Notes: generated from the sequence alone by a model not told the origin. DNA of 64,000 bases from Terriglobia bacterium (GCA_965206645.1 CBDBKE010000002.1:192001-256000), one strand, 5' to 3'; positions 31,618-41,749 are shown, counted from the stretch's first letter. A program made the numbers and translations.

Positions 31618-32850
31618 ATGCTGCAAATCTCCACCGACGAATATCGAAGGCGCTTGCAATCACTCCAGGCCAGCGTGGCGGATGCAGGCCTGGATCTGTT
31701 CATCGTTTCGGCGTTCGACAGCATCTACTACCTGACCGGTGCTGGATTCGAGCCGCTGGAGCGCCCGTTCTTTCTCTTGATTCGTCCCCAACACGCTCCA
31801 ATCCTGTTGGTGCCCAAGCTCGACCACGAGCACATGAAGAAGGCCCGCAACATCAAGGATAAGGAGCAAGACATTCAAACCTATTGGGAGTATCCGTCCC
31901 CCCCTGGCCGTGGGTGGCCGGAAAGGCTCCACGAGCTTATCGGTAGTGCCAAGCAGATCGGAGTCGAGCCCACGCTTCTTCAGGAGATTGCAGCAAAGCT
32001 GAAGGGCTACACACATCGCATCGAGCCGCTGGTCGAACGGTTGCGCCTGATCAAGTCCGACACCGAAATCGCGATGATCCGACGCGCGGCTCACTACGCT
32101 GACTTCGGGGTTAAGAGTCTCCTGGCGGCTTCGTACCGCGGCGCTACTGTTGCCGAGGGCTTTGCCCAAACCCGCGCTGTTACCTTGCGGATCATCCAGG
32201 AGGTCGATGATTGGGATTACTTTACGACGAAAGTCCTGATGGCGACGCGGCCCGCCCCTTGCAGCGCGGAGCCGCATTCGGCTCCCGACTTGTGCGACCG
32301 GCTTAACAAAGGGCCGCATGTAGCTTTAGTGCTCACCCGGGTCAACGGCTATGCGGCGGAGTGTGAGCGTACGTACTTCACCGCTCCGCCATCCCCGGAA
32401 ATCAGGAAGGCGTTCGAGACGATGAGGCAGGCTCGCCGCATCGCCTTCGATAAGGTGCGTCCCGGCATCGCGTGCAGCGAACTGGACTGTGCCTTCAACG
32501 ATTTCCTTCGGCAGGAAGGGTACAGCGGCGAAGAGGTGCGGCTGCACCGAACCGGCCACGGGTTTGGGCTGGGAAATCACGAGGCACCCTGGATCGCGGA
32601 GGGCAGTCAGGATATTCTGGCTGAGAATATGGTGATCAGCATTGAGCCGGGAATCTACCTAAAGGGGATTGGTGGCCTCCGTCATTCCGATACGGTTCTT
32701 GTAACCAAAGATGGTTGCGAGTTGCTCACTCACCTCCCGACGGACATTGGATCGCTGATGGAAACGGGGTGGAAACCGTTTCAACGCATCAAGGGGTGGT
32801 TCGTGCGGCGAGCGTTCCAATTAGATCGGAAGGCCAGAGTATCGGTCTAA
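31618..32850 (+). CDS. Xaa-Pro peptidase (M24 family)
   Basis: YYLTG, LRLIKSDTEI, HRTGHGFGL..HEAP, SIEPGIY, RHSDT. Confidence 0.9.
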   Translation: MLQISTDEYRRRLQSLQASVADAGLDLFIVSAFDSIYYLTGAGFEPLERPFFLLIRPQHAPILLVPKLDHEHMKKARNIKDKEQDIQTYWEYPSPPGRGWPERLHELIGSAKQIGVEPTLLQEIAAKLKGYTHRIEPLVERLRLIKSDTEIAMIRRAAHYADFGVKSLLAASYRGATVAEGFAQTRAVTLRIIQEVDDWDYFTTKVLMATRPAPCSAEPHSAPDLCDRLNKGPHVALVLTRVNGYAAECERTYFTAPPSPEIRKAFETMRQARRIAFDKVRPGIACSELDCAFNDFLRQEGYSGEEVRLHRTGHGFGLGNHEAPWIAEGSQDILAENMVISIEPGIYLKGIGGLRHSDTVLVTKDGCELLTHLPTDIGSLMETGWKPFQRIKGWFVRRAFQLDRKARVSV

Positions 32851-32866
32851 CCATTCGCTTCAGGCT

Positions 32867-35053
32867 TTAGAAGGCATGGAAAGCATCGAGGAGCAGGTCG
32901 CGGTATTTCTTGCGGTCGTAGCCGTGCCAGCCTTCCCACAGGGCGTAGGCGCGGACGCGGTCATTGGGGAGCGCGGACGCCGCGTCAGTGATAACGTACT
33001 CGACCGTTTGCCCCGGACGGAGCTGCACGCCTCGCCCGAACAGTTGCTGGGCGGCGACGGCGGTCAGGCTTGCTTTCTGGTAGTCGCGCGGCGGGCGGGT
33101 GAGACGCTTGCTGATCACCAAATCCTCCACCGCAACCATGCCGCTCTCCAGCCGCTCCAGGTAGCGCTCCAGCACCCCCCGGGCTTCTTCCAGCTTTTGG
33201 CGATAACTCTGGCCGTCACAGGCCTCCGCCAGGACACCCAGGACCTGTTTCTGCATCCGGGCCACCAGGGGCGGAGTGTCGTGACGGCGACACTCCAGGC
33301 CCCGCACCTTCAGCTCCGCTTCCTCGCTGACCGCGAAGAAGCGGTTGGGCACCGGCACATCGGCAAATCGCTTGGAGGGCAGGAACACGATGTAGCGATA
33401 CAGAGCCTCCAGGGCAATGGGCAACCCGGTCCGCTCGCGAATTTCCTCGGCCAGCGCCAGGTAATCTTCCCGGGCGGCCTTTGGTTTCTGCACGTACATG
33501 CTGTCCACGATGGCGTGCAGGACGCGGAAGCCGCGCTGCTCGGCCGCCTCCTTGGCCACCAGTAGCTGCTCGCGCCCGATGGCATTGATGCTCTCGTGAG
33601 CCTCAATCTTGCCCAGCCGGGCGTTCTTGTACCCCAAATAGCCGAAGCAGCAAACCAGCAGCCATTTCTGCGCCTCCCGCCGGCGCCGGTATGTTTCCAG
33701 CAGGGCGGCGTCCGCGCTCTGCCGCATGCGCTCTTTGTACCGCTGCCGCTTTTCAATCAGCGGGGCGACGGTGCGTCCCACCACTCCTTGCCGCTTGCGG
33801 CAGATGCGGTAGCCCACCTCGGGAATGGGCGGGCTCTCCGGGCAGCAGCGGCAATTCACCGTCTCCGACGACACATTGAAGTGCACCATGATGCTGGGGA
33901 ACTGGGAGGGGAAGTCCAGCTCGGCCACGTTCTCGTGGAACCCCAGGATGGGCGGGAAGACCAGCCCGCCGCGGTCGGCGATCAGAAGCTGGTCGGGGTG
34001 CTTGAAGTCTTCCGGCTCGCTCTTCTGCTCCGGGATGAGGATGCCGTCGCGGTAGGCCACTTCCATCTGCATGTAAGAGATGCCCGTGCCGGGGGTCGTG
34101 CGGGCGGCATACTGCACCGGCAGCTTGGTGAGACGGGCCAGCTCCCACAGCCCGTCCTGCTGGCAGTGGTCGGCAATGAAGGAATTGCTCAGGTCCACGT
34201 GCAGCCGCCCGTAGAGCGTGGTGGCGCTGTCCTTGAACAGAATCCGCCCGTAGCTCATAAAGCTTCGGGCGCGGCTCTGGTGCACCGGCAGGCTGGCATC
34301 CCGGTTGAGCGGCAGGGGAAGGTTCAACCGCTGGGCTTGCTGGCGCAGGAGCGGAAAGATGGTGGAGTCGCCCCACTCGGTGAGGATCAAATCCGGGTCG
34401 TGCCGCTCCACCAAGCGCTGTACCGTGATCACCGCAGGCTCGGCGGATTCCTCAATGACCGAGCACTCGCCGTCCACCTCCACTTCCAGCGCACCGCGCC
34501 GCCCGTGCCGGGGGTTGACCGCCGAAAGCCCTTCCAGCCGCAGGTGCATCACCTGGAGCGGCGGCAGTGGGTAGTCTAGCGCCCACTCGCTGTCCTGGCA
34601 CTGGAGGGCAAGTACCTGCCCGTCGTCGTCCACCTCCACCTCCACTCGGGCGAAGGGGAACACCCGCTTCTCCCAGCAATAGAGGGGGGCGAGCATGAGG
34701 TCACTGTTGTAGAGCCGTAGGTCGGGGTCGAACCGATGAACCCAGCGCACCCAGGAGGCAAACGCGGTGGGGTACGGGACAGTGATCTCCAGCACCTGAA
34801 GCGGCGTTGGCTGCCACAGATCGGCGCGCTCCCTCAGGCAGCACCTCAGCGGGGTCCGCCGCCCGAGGGCCTCCTGAAGCCGCCGCAGCCGGGCCGGAGC
34901 GCCGTGCGCGAAGAAGGCGGGCGTAAACGGATCAATCAGCCGGTGGCGCTTCTGGCTCTCTTCGATCAACCACAGGGTCATCCCCTGCGGGCTGGGGTAG
35001 AGGTCCAGGAGCCATCCCTGTAGTCGGCCCCGTAGTCGGCCCTGCAGTCGCAT
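32867..35053 (-). CDS. Family B DNA polymerase, PolB2/G2-type
   Basis: Motif A LDFPSQFPSIM, motif B KWLLVCCFGYLG, motif C HAIVDS (first Asp of DTDS replaced), KVRGLE.RR.D; degenerate exonuclease region. Confidence 0.88.
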   Translation of the reverse strand: MRLQGRLRGRLQGWLLDLYPSPQGMTLWLIEESQKRHRLIDPFTPAFFAHGAPARLRRLQEALGRRTPLRCCLRERADLWQPTPLQVLEITVPYPTAFASWVRWVHRFDPDLRLYNSDLMLAPLYCWEKRVFPFARVEVEVDDDGQVLALQCQDSEWALDYPLPPLQVMHLRLEGLSAVNPRHGRRGALEVEVDGECSVIEESAEPAVITVQRLVERHDPDLILTEWGDSTIFPLLRQQAQRLNLPLPLNRDASLPVHQSRARSFMSYGRILFKDSATTLYGRLHVDLSNSFIADHCQQDGLWELARLTKLPVQYAARTTPGTGISYMQMEVAYRDGILIPEQKSEPEDFKHPDQLLIADRGGLVFPPILGFHENVAELDFPSQFPSIMVHFNVSSETVNCRCCPESPPIPEVGYRICRKRQGVVGRTVAPLIEKRQRYKERMRQSADAALLETYRRRREAQKWLLVCCFGYLGYKNARLGKIEAHESINAIGREQLLVAKEAAEQRGFRVLHAIVDSMYVQKPKAAREDYLALAEEIRERTGLPIALEALYRYIVFLPSKRFADVPVPNRFFAVSEEAELKVRGLECRRHDTPPLVARMQKQVLGVLAEACDGQSYRQKLEEARGVLERYLERLESGMVAVEDLVISKRLTRPPRDYQKASLTAVAAQQLFGRGVQLRPGQTVEYVITDAASALPNDRVRAYALWEGWHGYDRKKYRDLLLDAFHAF

Positions 35054-35309
35054 GGTCTCTCTCCGCTTGCCACAGGCGTTGCTCAAGTGCGCGCAATCGC
35101 TTCTCCTGGTCCAGCGCGATGGACAGCAGGATGGCTTCCATTGGATTGTCGCTCGCCTGGTAGGTCGCCGCCTGCGTGTAGGAGCGGACGCGCAGGAACA
35201 GGCGGTCGAAGTGTTGCTGATCCTCCCGCCGCAGCGCCCGGCGGAACTTTGCCCATCGCTCTACCGCCTGATCAATCAGCTGGCGAAAAGTTGGGACAGT
35301 GCGACCCAT
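34932..35309 (-). CDS. PolB2-associated small helical protein (PPB2-like)
   Basis: MGRTVPTFR...W..FRRALRREDQ..FDRLF..EAILLSI; lies between iRadA and PolB; frame runs 122 nt into polB. Confidence 0.8.
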   Translation of the reverse strand: MGRTVPTFRQLIDQAVERWAKFRRALRREDQQHFDRLFLRVRSYTQAATYQASDNPMEAILLSIALDQEKRLRALEQRLWQAERDHATAGPTTGPTTGMAPGPLPQPAGDDPVVDRREPEAPPAD

Positions 35310-35316
35310 CGCGCCC

Positions 35317-35937
35317 TCAAGCAGGTAATCGCAGGCGGGAGCGTTCGCAGAGCAGTTGCGGCTTTCCGTCCGCTTGCAGCATGAACCTCCACACCTGGTC
35401 TGCCCCGGCAACCACCCGGTCGAACAATCTTCTTCGCGGCGTGGTGAAGGAGGCAGCGTCGGAGAACACCGCCACCGGCAGCGACGCGCGCCCCAGTTGC
35501 CTCAGTTGTTGCAGGGCCTGCCCGAAGGAGGCGTACGCGGCACCATCGGGCACGTCTTCATCGAAATACAAATCCGGGAAGGCCGTGACGATCAGAATGT
35601 CCGCCGGGAAGGCTCGAAGCGCCCGTGGCACCCGGGCCAGCAATTCGGTGAGCTGGAAACAGGTGAAGGCGCGGGCGACTTTTATCCGGCGATTGAACTC
35701 CGCCGGCTCACGTCCGCGCTGCCGCGCAAAGCGCGCGATCAGCAGAGGGTCCACCCGGTTGGCGCCGTCCAGGTACAGGACATGCTTGCCGGCGAGAAAG
35801 ACCCGCGGAAGGAAATAGTGAGAAAGCCGCGCCGCGCAACCCTCCCCCTGAAAGACTGCTAACCCCTGCGCGGGCAGCCGCCAGGGTTGCCCTGCCACAG
35901 GGAGACGAAGGCTCGGGGTTGCAGGCGCCAAACTCAT
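35317..35937 (-). CDS. Inactivated RecA/RadA-like protein (iRadA/ImuA-like)
   Basis: VLYLDGANRVDP, VARAFTCFQL, LYFDEDV, ADQVW; no GxxxxGKT Walker A. Confidence 0.75.
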   Translation of the reverse strand: MSLAPATPSLRLPVAGQPWRLPAQGLAVFQGEGCAARLSHYFLPRVFLAGKHVLYLDGANRVDPLLIARFARQRGREPAEFNRRIKVARAFTCFQLTELLARVPRALRAFPADILIVTAFPDLYFDEDVPDGAAYASFGQALQQLRQLGRASLPVAVFSDAASFTTPRRRLFDRVVAGADQVWRFMLQADGKPQLLCERSRLRLPA

Positions 35938-35996
35938 AGAGGCCAAGCCGCACTCGGGGCGTTGCGGGCAGTCACTCAGCAATCGCTAACAAATTC

Positions 35997-36025
35997 ATGG
36001 TAGGCGAATTAAAAGCGAAAGTCAA
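35997..36025 (-). promoter_or_regulatory. Sigma70 promoter TTGACT-N17-TACCAT with a TTCGC-N6-TTCGC direct repeat (candidate LexA box) in the spacer
   Basis: Minus strand reads TTGACT TTCGCTTTTAATTCGCC TACCAT; resembles the GTTC-N7-GTTC Acidobacterium LexA box. Confidence 0.7.
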
Positions 36026-36119
36026 TAGGCGAGCTTCCGGCAAAGAAGCCATTTATTTGCAATCATTTGAGTTTGTTCAGGAAGTTCTGTCCTGAGTCCT
36101 AGGAAATGCCAAGCGGATA

Positions 36120-36198
36120 GCGCTGCCTCAGGCGGCAGCGGCACACTTCAGCCTCCCACCCTGGCGGCTGGCCGTGGCGCTTTAAAAGCGCCACTACG
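36120..36198. repeat. Hairpin pair / REP-like element downstream of the HMA gene
   Basis: CGCTGCC...GGCAGCG and GTGGCGCTTT-A-AAAGCGCCAC inverted repeats. Confidence 0.4.
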
Positions 36199-36215
36199 AA
36201 TCAACCAACGGCAAA

Positions 36216-36530
36216 CTACTTCTTCTTGACCTTGGCGTCGTACCGGCTCATCCCGCGCGCCTTCTTCACCGCTTGGATGAGGTCGTCGACTTTGCAGACC
36301 TCGGGGTCGTATTTCACGACGGCCTCGTTGTCCGTCAGTGAGACCTTCGCTTCCTTGACGCCCTTCACCTCTTGCAGTGCGGACCGCACTGTGCTGGCGC
36401 AGGCGTTTCAGGTCATGCCGCTGATTGCGAGCGTGACAGTCTTCTCCTTGCCGGCCACGGCGTGCTGCGCGGCAACCAGCGGCCCCAGCAGCAACAGCCC
36501 AATGCCAAACAAGCTTCCTAGCCTGGTCAT
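36216..36530 (-). CDS. Secreted heavy-metal-associated (MerP/CopZ-like) selenoprotein candidate, GMTUxxC
   Basis: RBS AGGAGG, ATG 36530, signal peptide, TVTLAISGMT-TGA-NAC..VRSAL..VKGV..AKVS..AVVKYDP; TGA (36408-36410) at the first Cys of GMTCxxC; 104 aa with readthrough. Confidence 0.85.
36375..36391 (-). other. Candidate bacterial SECIS hairpin
   Basis: CAGTGCG-GTC-CGCACTG, starting 17 nt after the UGA; apical GGUC resembles the fdhF SECIS loop. Confidence 0.65.
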
Positions 36531-36583
36531 AGCTCCACCTCCTTCGGGTTTAGCCTGTCGAGCAGATTCTAGCACAAAGGCGC

Positions 36584-37294
36584 TCATCCGGCAGTCCGTG
36601 GGCGAAAGGCGCGCAGATCTTCCAGGCGCAGGCGGCCGGTATAGACCGCCATGCCCAGCGCGGCATGGATCCCCAGCTCATCGAGGGCAGCGATCTCTTC
36701 CAGGGTGGCAATGCCACCGGCAGCGGTGATGGGCCGTGAGGTGGCCTGGCGGAGTCGGCGGAACCACTCCAGGTCGGTTCCGGTCATGGTTCCTTCGTTG
36801 TCCACGAAGGTGCACAGGAACTCGCCACAGTAAGGCTCTAGCTCGTGCACGATCTGCTCAGCCGCCAGCCCGGTGGACTCGCGCCAGCCCCGCACTACGA
36901 TGCGGCCATGGTGGGAGTCCAGCGCCAGGATGATGCTCGCGGCGCCGGCGGCGTCCCGCAGCGATTCCAGGAACGGCGCGTTGACCCCCTGGCTGTGAAA
37001 GGCGGCGGTGCCGACAATCAGCTTGCTCGCCCCCGTACCGAGCAACTGCTCGGCGCGGGCCGTGGTGCGCACGCCGCCGCCCACGCGGCAGCGCGCGCGG
37101 GCGCAGAGCTGGCGCACCAAAGGGTCGTTGCTTCCTCTGCCCATGGCGGCATCCAGGTCAATGAGCTGGATTTCAGGGAAGCCGGCGAACTCCTCCAGTT
37201 GTCCCAGAACGTCGGCGCGCTCCAGGGCCTTCGTCTGGCCGCGCACCAGTTGCACCGCCTTACCGTCCATCAAATCAATGCAGGGAATAATCAT
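36584..37294 (-). CDS. hisA: ProFAR isomerase
   Basis: IIPCIDLMDGKAVQL, IDLDAA, VGGGVR, EGTMTG.D, AAGG. Confidence 0.92.
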   Translation of the reverse strand: MIIPCIDLMDGKAVQLVRGQTKALERADVLGQLEEFAGFPEIQLIDLDAAMGRGSNDPLVRQLCARARCRVGGGVRTTARAEQLLGTGASKLIVGTAAFHSQGVNAPFLESLRDAAGAASIILALDSHHGRIVVRGWRESTGLAAEQIVHELEPYCGEFLCTFVDNEGTMTGTDLEWFRRLRQATSRPITAAGGIATLEEIAALDELGIHAALGMAVYTGRLRLEDLRAFRPRTAG

Positions 37295-37310
37295 GGGGCA
37301 ATCCCCAGAG

Positions 37311-37357
37311 TTCGCAGATTCCGCAGAAAAAGAAATCTGCGCAATCTGCGGATTCAT
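37311..37357. repeat. REP-like palindromic element
   Basis: TTCGCAGATTCCGCAGA...ATCTGCGCAATCTGCGGATTC between hisF and hisA. Confidence 0.55.
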
Positions 37358-37364
37358 TAAACTC

Positions 37365-38126
37365 CTATTCGATCATGCGCATGGGGACACCGCGCTGGTC
37401 GAGGTAGCGCTTCAGGTCGCTGACGGGAATCTCGGCGTAGTGGAAGATGGAGGCGGCCAGCGCCGCGTCGGCCTGCCCTGCGGTCAGCACGTCATAGAAA
37501 TGCGCCGGCTCACCGCCGCCGCCGGAGGCGATGACGGGGATGCCCACCGCGCGGGCCACCGCCCGGGTCAGATCGCAATCAAAGCCAGCCTTGGTGCCGT
37601 CGCAATCCATCGAGGTCAGCAGGATTTCCCCCGCACCCAGCCGCTCCCCCTCCGCGGCCCAGGCTACCGCGTCTCGCTCAACCGGGCGGCGCCCGCCGTA
37701 GGTGTAAACAGGCCAACCCTTTCCTTCACGCTTTGCGTCTATGGCCAGCACCACCGCCTGAGCGCCAAACTCGCGAGACAGCTCGGTGAGCAACTCCGGG
37801 CGCTCCACCGCTGCCGTGTTCACCGAAACCTTGTCGGCGCCGGCGCGCAGCAGGCGCCGAGCGTCCTCCACGGTGCGCACGCCGCCGCCCACCGCCAGCG
37901 GGATGAATACCTTCTGCGCTGTGCGCTCCACGATCTCGACCATCAGCCCGCGCCCTTCGGCCGACGCGGTGATGTCCAGGAACACCACCTCGTCAATGCC
38001 CACTTCGCTGTAGGCGGCCGCCAGGGCAGGCGGATCGCCGGCGTCCCTCAGGTTGACGAAGCGGACGCCTTTGACCACGCGCCCGTCCTTCACGTCGAGG
38101 CAGGCGATGATGCGCTTGGCTGGCAT
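37365..38126 (-). CDS. hisF: Imidazole glycerol phosphate synthase cyclase subunit
   Basis: [43 protein letters not shown]. Confidence 0.97.
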   Translation of the reverse strand: MPAKRIIACLDVKDGRVVKGVRFVNLRDAGDPPALAAAYSEVGIDEVVFLDITASAEGRGLMVEIVERTAQKVFIPLAVGGGVRTVEDARRLLRAGADKVSVNTAAVERPELLTELSREFGAQAVVLAIDAKREGKGWPVYTYGGRRPVERDAVAWAAEGERLGAGEILLTSMDCDGTKAGFDCDLTRAVARAVGIPVIASGGGGEPAHFYDVLTAGQADAALAASIFHYAEIPVSDLKRYLDQRGVPMRMIE

Positions 38127-38737
38127 TGCTCAACCCAGGTCCGCAGGAAATTGAGTCCGGCCGACCCCGATTTTTCCGGATGGAACTGGGTGCCGACCAA
38201 GTTGGCGCGGCGCAGAACCGCGGTGAACGGCAACCCGTGGCGCGCGACGGCCGCGCAGCCCTCGGCGTCGCCGGGGACGTAGTAGGAATGGGCGAAGTAA
38301 TACATGCGGCCGCATGTTTGAGCGAGGAAGGCTTGAGCGAGGAACGCGCCTGCTTTGGCGCCGCCAGGCTCAACCTCGGCCCAGCCCATGTGCGGCACCT
38401 TCTGGCCGCTGGGGAAGCGCCGGACCCGGCCCGGAAGCAGAGCCAGGCCGCGTAGCCCCGGTGCCTCTTCGCTTGATTCGAACAGCGCCTGCATGCCCAG
38501 GCAGATGCCCAGGTAGGGCGTGCCGGACTCGAGCCTCTGGCGCAACGGGGCGGCCAGTCGGTCGGCCTCCAGCGCCTCCATCATCTGCCCGAAATGTCCG
38601 ACCCCTGGCAATATGATGGCCGAGGCCTGCTCCAGCCCCGGTGGCTCCTTGGTGACGAAAAACTCGGCGCCCAGCACGGCCAGCGCATTCGACACCGAGC
38701 GCAGATTCCCCGCCCCGTAATCAATGACAGCAATCAT
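38090..38737 (-). CDS. hisH: Imidazole glycerol phosphate synthase glutaminase subunit
   Basis: [34 protein letters not shown]. Confidence 0.96.
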   Translation of the reverse strand: MIAVIDYGAGNLRSVSNALAVLGAEFFVTKEPPGLEQASAIILPGVGHFGQMMEALEADRLAAPLRQRLESGTPYLGICLGMQALFESSEEAPGLRGLALLPGRVRRFPSGQKVPHMGWAEVEPGGAKAGAFLAQAFLAQTCGRMYYFAHSYYVPGDAEGCAAVARHGLPFTAVLRRANLVGTQFHPEKSGSAGLNFLRTWVEQCQPSASSPAST

Positions 38738-38761
38738 AGGTTTTACGATCAAATACAAAGT

Positions 38762-38828
38762 CACCAAGAACACAAAGGTCACAAAGCAAAATTCTTTGTG
38801 TCCTTAGGTGCCTTTGTGACTTTGTGTT
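38762..38828. repeat. Palindromic CACAAAG/CTTTGTG repeat element
   Basis: AACACAAAGGTCACAAAG...CTTTGTG...CTTTGTGACTTTGTGTT between hisB and hisH. Confidence 0.55.
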
Positions 38829-38834
38829 GTCTTT

Positions 38835-39428
38835 TCACAACAGGCCTTTGGTGCTGGGCAGCTCGCGGGCCAGCCGGCGGTCGCGCGAGCTGGCCACGCG
38901 CATCGCGCGGGCCAGCGCCTTGAACAGCCCCTCGACCTTGTGGTGCGAGGAGCGGCCGTAGAGCAGCTTCAGGTGGACGTTGGCCCGGGCGTGGGTGGCA
39001 AAGCCGCCGAAGAAGTCTTCCAGCAATTCGGCTTGCAGGTCGCCCACCCGGCGCACGCGCAGCGGCGCCTGATACACCAGCACCGGGCGCCCGCTGAAAT
39101 CCACTGCCGCCAGGGCCAGCGTCTCGTCCATGGGCATCAGGAAATAGCCGGCGCGGTTGATGCCGCGGCGGTCGCCCAGGGCGCGGTCAAAGCACTGGCC
39201 AAGCACGATGCCCACATCCTCGACGGTGTGGTGCTGGTCCACGTCCAGGTCGCCGGCCGCGCGCAGTTCGAGATCGAAGCCGCCGTGCTTGGCAAACAGC
39301 TCCAGCATGTGGTCCAGGAAGCGCACGCCGGTGCGGACGCGGGCGCGGCCACGGCCGTCCAGCACGAGCCGTGCGCGAATTTGCGTTTCCGTCGTGTTGC
39401 GCTCGACTTTGGCTGTGCGTCGCTTCAT
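38835..39428 (-). CDS. hisB: Imidazoleglycerol-phosphate dehydratase (monofunctional)
   Basis: [33 protein letters not shown]. Confidence 0.97.
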   Translation of the reverse strand: MKRRTAKVERNTTETQIRARLVLDGRGRARVRTGVRFLDHMLELFAKHGGFDLELRAAGDLDVDQHHTVEDVGIVLGQCFDRALGDRRGINRAGYFLMPMDETLALAAVDFSGRPVLVYQAPLRVRRVGDLQAELLEDFFGGFATHARANVHLKLLYGRSSHHKVEGLFKALARAMRVASSRDRRLARELPSTKGLL

Positions 39429-39461
39429 AAACTCTGGACAGGCAAGGATGCCTGTCCCTCC

Positions 39462-40505
39462 TCAGAGCAGCTCGCGCAGCGCCTGGATGAGCCGGCGCGT
39501 TTGCGCCTGGGTGCCCAGGGTAAAGCGGAGGCTGCCGGGCAGCTCGTAGCTGCGGTCGCGCGCCAGGATGCCGCGCGCCCGCAGGGCGTCGCGGACGGCG
39601 CGGGCGCGCTCGCCCAGCCGGGCCAGAATGAAATTAGCTTGGCTGGGTACGTAGGGGATTCCCTGGCGGCGGAACTCGCGCTCCAACATCGCGCGGGAGC
39701 GCAGCACTCCTGCAACATATTTCTGCACGTATTCGCGGTCCGAGACCGCTTCCAGCGCCGCCGCCAGCGCTGCTGAGTTTACGCTATAAGGTGACTGCGC
39801 TTTGGCCATCGCAGCGGCAGTCTCGCGGTGGGCAAACAGGCACCCAATCCGCAGCGCGGCCAGCCCGTAAGCCTTGGAGAAGGTGCGCGAGACCAGCAGG
39901 TTCCGGTAGCGCTCCACCAGCGGCAGCACGGTGCGTTCGTAAAACTCGAAGTAGGCTTCGTCCACCAGTACCAGCGTCTCGGGAAATTCCGACGCCAGCG
40001 ACTCAATCGCTTCCGGGGTCACCGCCGTGCCCGTCGGGTTGTTCGGATTGGCAATGAAGATGGCCCGGACCGGGTTGCGGCGCGCTTCTTCCCGTACCGC
40101 CTCGACCGGGAACACCAGGTCTTCACCACAATGCACGTCCACAACCTCAGCTCCGGTCAATGAGCCGTAAAACCGGTAGATGGCAAAAGTGGGTTCGGCC
40201 ACGATCACCCGCCGGCCCGCGTCCACAAAAGTGGAGAGGGCAAGTTGGATGGCCTCGTCGGTGCCATTGGTGATCAAGGTCTCCTCGGGGGCACGCTCGA
40301 ATGCGGTAGCCAGCCGGCCGCGGGCCGACTCGTACTCGGGGTAGGTGGCCAGCCGCTCGCGGCTCAGGTGGCGGCGGAGCTGGCGGAGCACGCGCGGCGA
40401 GCATCCCACCGTGTTCTCGTTGAAATCCAGGCGCAGGTGGCCTTCCCGCCCGGCCGAAGGGGGCGAGTAGGGCCGCATGCGCAGCACGGCGTTGCGGGGC
40501 TTCAT
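39462..40505 (-). CDS. hisC: Histidinol-phosphate aminotransferase
   Basis: LDFNEN, NGTDEAI, NPNNPTG, DEAY, RTFSKAYGLA.LR.G. Confidence 0.96.
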   Translation of the reverse strand: MKPRNAVLRMRPYSPPSAGREGHLRLDFNENTVGCSPRVLRQLRRHLSRERLATYPEYESARGRLATAFERAPEETLITNGTDEAIQLALSTFVDAGRRVIVAEPTFAIYRFYGSLTGAEVVDVHCGEDLVFPVEAVREEARRNPVRAIFIANPNNPTGTAVTPEAIESLASEFPETLVLVDEAYFEFYERTVLPLVERYRNLLVSRTFSKAYGLAALRIGCLFAHRETAAAMAKAQSPYSVNSAALAAALEAVSDREYVQKYVAGVLRSRAMLEREFRRQGIPYVPSQANFILARLGERARAVRDALRARGILARDRSYELPGSLRFTLGTQAQTRRLIQALRELL

Positions 40506-41725
40506 GGCCGGCCTCCTCGCCGCCCGGCATTCGCAAAGCGCACCTCCACTGAGCGCGCGTGCCACTCCAGCCCTTCGGCGCGCGCCAGTGTCGTGATCGT
40601 GGGTGCCAGGGCGCGCAGGCCGGCGGGTGTCAGTTGCTGCACGGTGATGATTTTGACGAAGTCCAGCACCGACAACCCTCCGCGGATGCGCGCCGCCCCG
40701 ACCGTTGGCAGCACGTGGTTCGGCCCGGTGGCGTAGTCGCCGGCGGCTTCCGGGCTGAACGGCCCCAGGAATACGCTGCCGGCATTGCGTACCTGCTTCA
40801 CCCAGCGGGGGTCGGCCAGCGACAGGTGTTCCGGAGCGATGCGGTTGGCCAGCTCCAGCGCCTGCGTGAGATTGCCAGCCAGCAGCGCCGTGCAGTTCTC
40901 CCAGCGCGGCGGGATCTTCCCTGTCACAGCTTTAGCCAGCGCGCGCGAGGGAGTCACCAGAATCGCCGCCGCCTGGGGATCGTGTTCAGCCTGGGCAATC
41001 AGGTCGGCGGCCAGCCAAGCGGGGTTGCCATCCTGAGCCACCAGCACCACCTCGGTCGGCCCGGCAAGAAACTCAATCGCCACCTCGCCGGCCAGCAGCT
41101 TCTTGGCGGCGGTGACGTAGAGGTTGCCCGGGCCGACAATCTTGTCCACCCGAGGCACGGTCTCGGTGCCGTAGGCCAGCGCGGCAATGGCTTGCACGCC
41201 ACCCACGGCCAAGACAGTTGTGACGCCGGCCACATGTGCGGCCGCCTGCACGAACGGAGCAGCGCGCGGTGAGGCAACGTAAATGCGCTCGACGCCAGCC
41301 ACACGGGCAGGAACAGCCGTCATCAGCGCGGTCGAGAACAAGGGGAAGCGCCCGCCGGGAACATAGCAGCCAACGCTGGCCAGCGGCCGCACCAGTTGCC
41401 CGGCAAAGCTGCCCGGGCCCACTTGGCGGCGCCACTGGCTTGGCATTTGCAGGCGGGCGAAGCGGGCGATATTTTGTTCGGCCTGCCGCAGGGCGCGCCG
41501 CAACTCCGGTGGCGTTTGTCTCCAGGCCCGTGCCAACAAAGCGGAATTCAGGCGCAGCGGCCCGCGGTAGCCGTCCAGGCGCCGGGTGTAGGCGGCCAGG
41601 GCGCGGTCGCCCCGCCGCCGCACCGCCTCCAGGATCGGGCGGGCCACCGCCTCGGCTCGAGCCAGTGCCAGGCGCCGGCTGGCCAGGAAGCGCTCAATGT
41701 CGCGGAGTTGCGAAAGAATGCGCAT
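40502..41725 (-). CDS. hisD: Histidinol dehydrogenase
   Basis: GCYVPGG, GGVQAIAALAYGT, KIVGPGN, AGPTE, QAEHD, APEH, GDY.TGPNHVLPT. Confidence 0.97.
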   Translation of the reverse strand: MRILSQLRDIERFLASRRLALARAEAVARPILEAVRRRGDRALAAYTRRLDGYRGPLRLNSALLARAWRQTPPELRRALRQAEQNIARFARLQMPSQWRRQVGPGSFAGQLVRPLASVGCYVPGGRFPLFSTALMTAVPARVAGVERIYVASPRAAPFVQAAAHVAGVTTVLAVGGVQAIAALAYGTETVPRVDKIVGPGNLYVTAAKKLLAGEVAIEFLAGPTEVVLVAQDGNPAWLAADLIAQAEHDPQAAAILVTPSRALAKAVTGKIPPRWENCTALLAGNLTQALELANRIAPEHLSLADPRWVKQVRNAGSVFLGPFSPEAAGDYATGPNHVLPTVGAARIRGGLSVLDFVKIITVQQLTPAGLRALAPTITTLARAEGLEWHARSVEVRFANAGRRGGRP

Positions 41726-41749
41726 TGGCTGTCGATGGATAAGTCAGTA

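Noticed and set aside
36226-36729. 167-aa plus-strand ORF
   Set aside because: Antisense shadow of the HMA gene and the hisA end.
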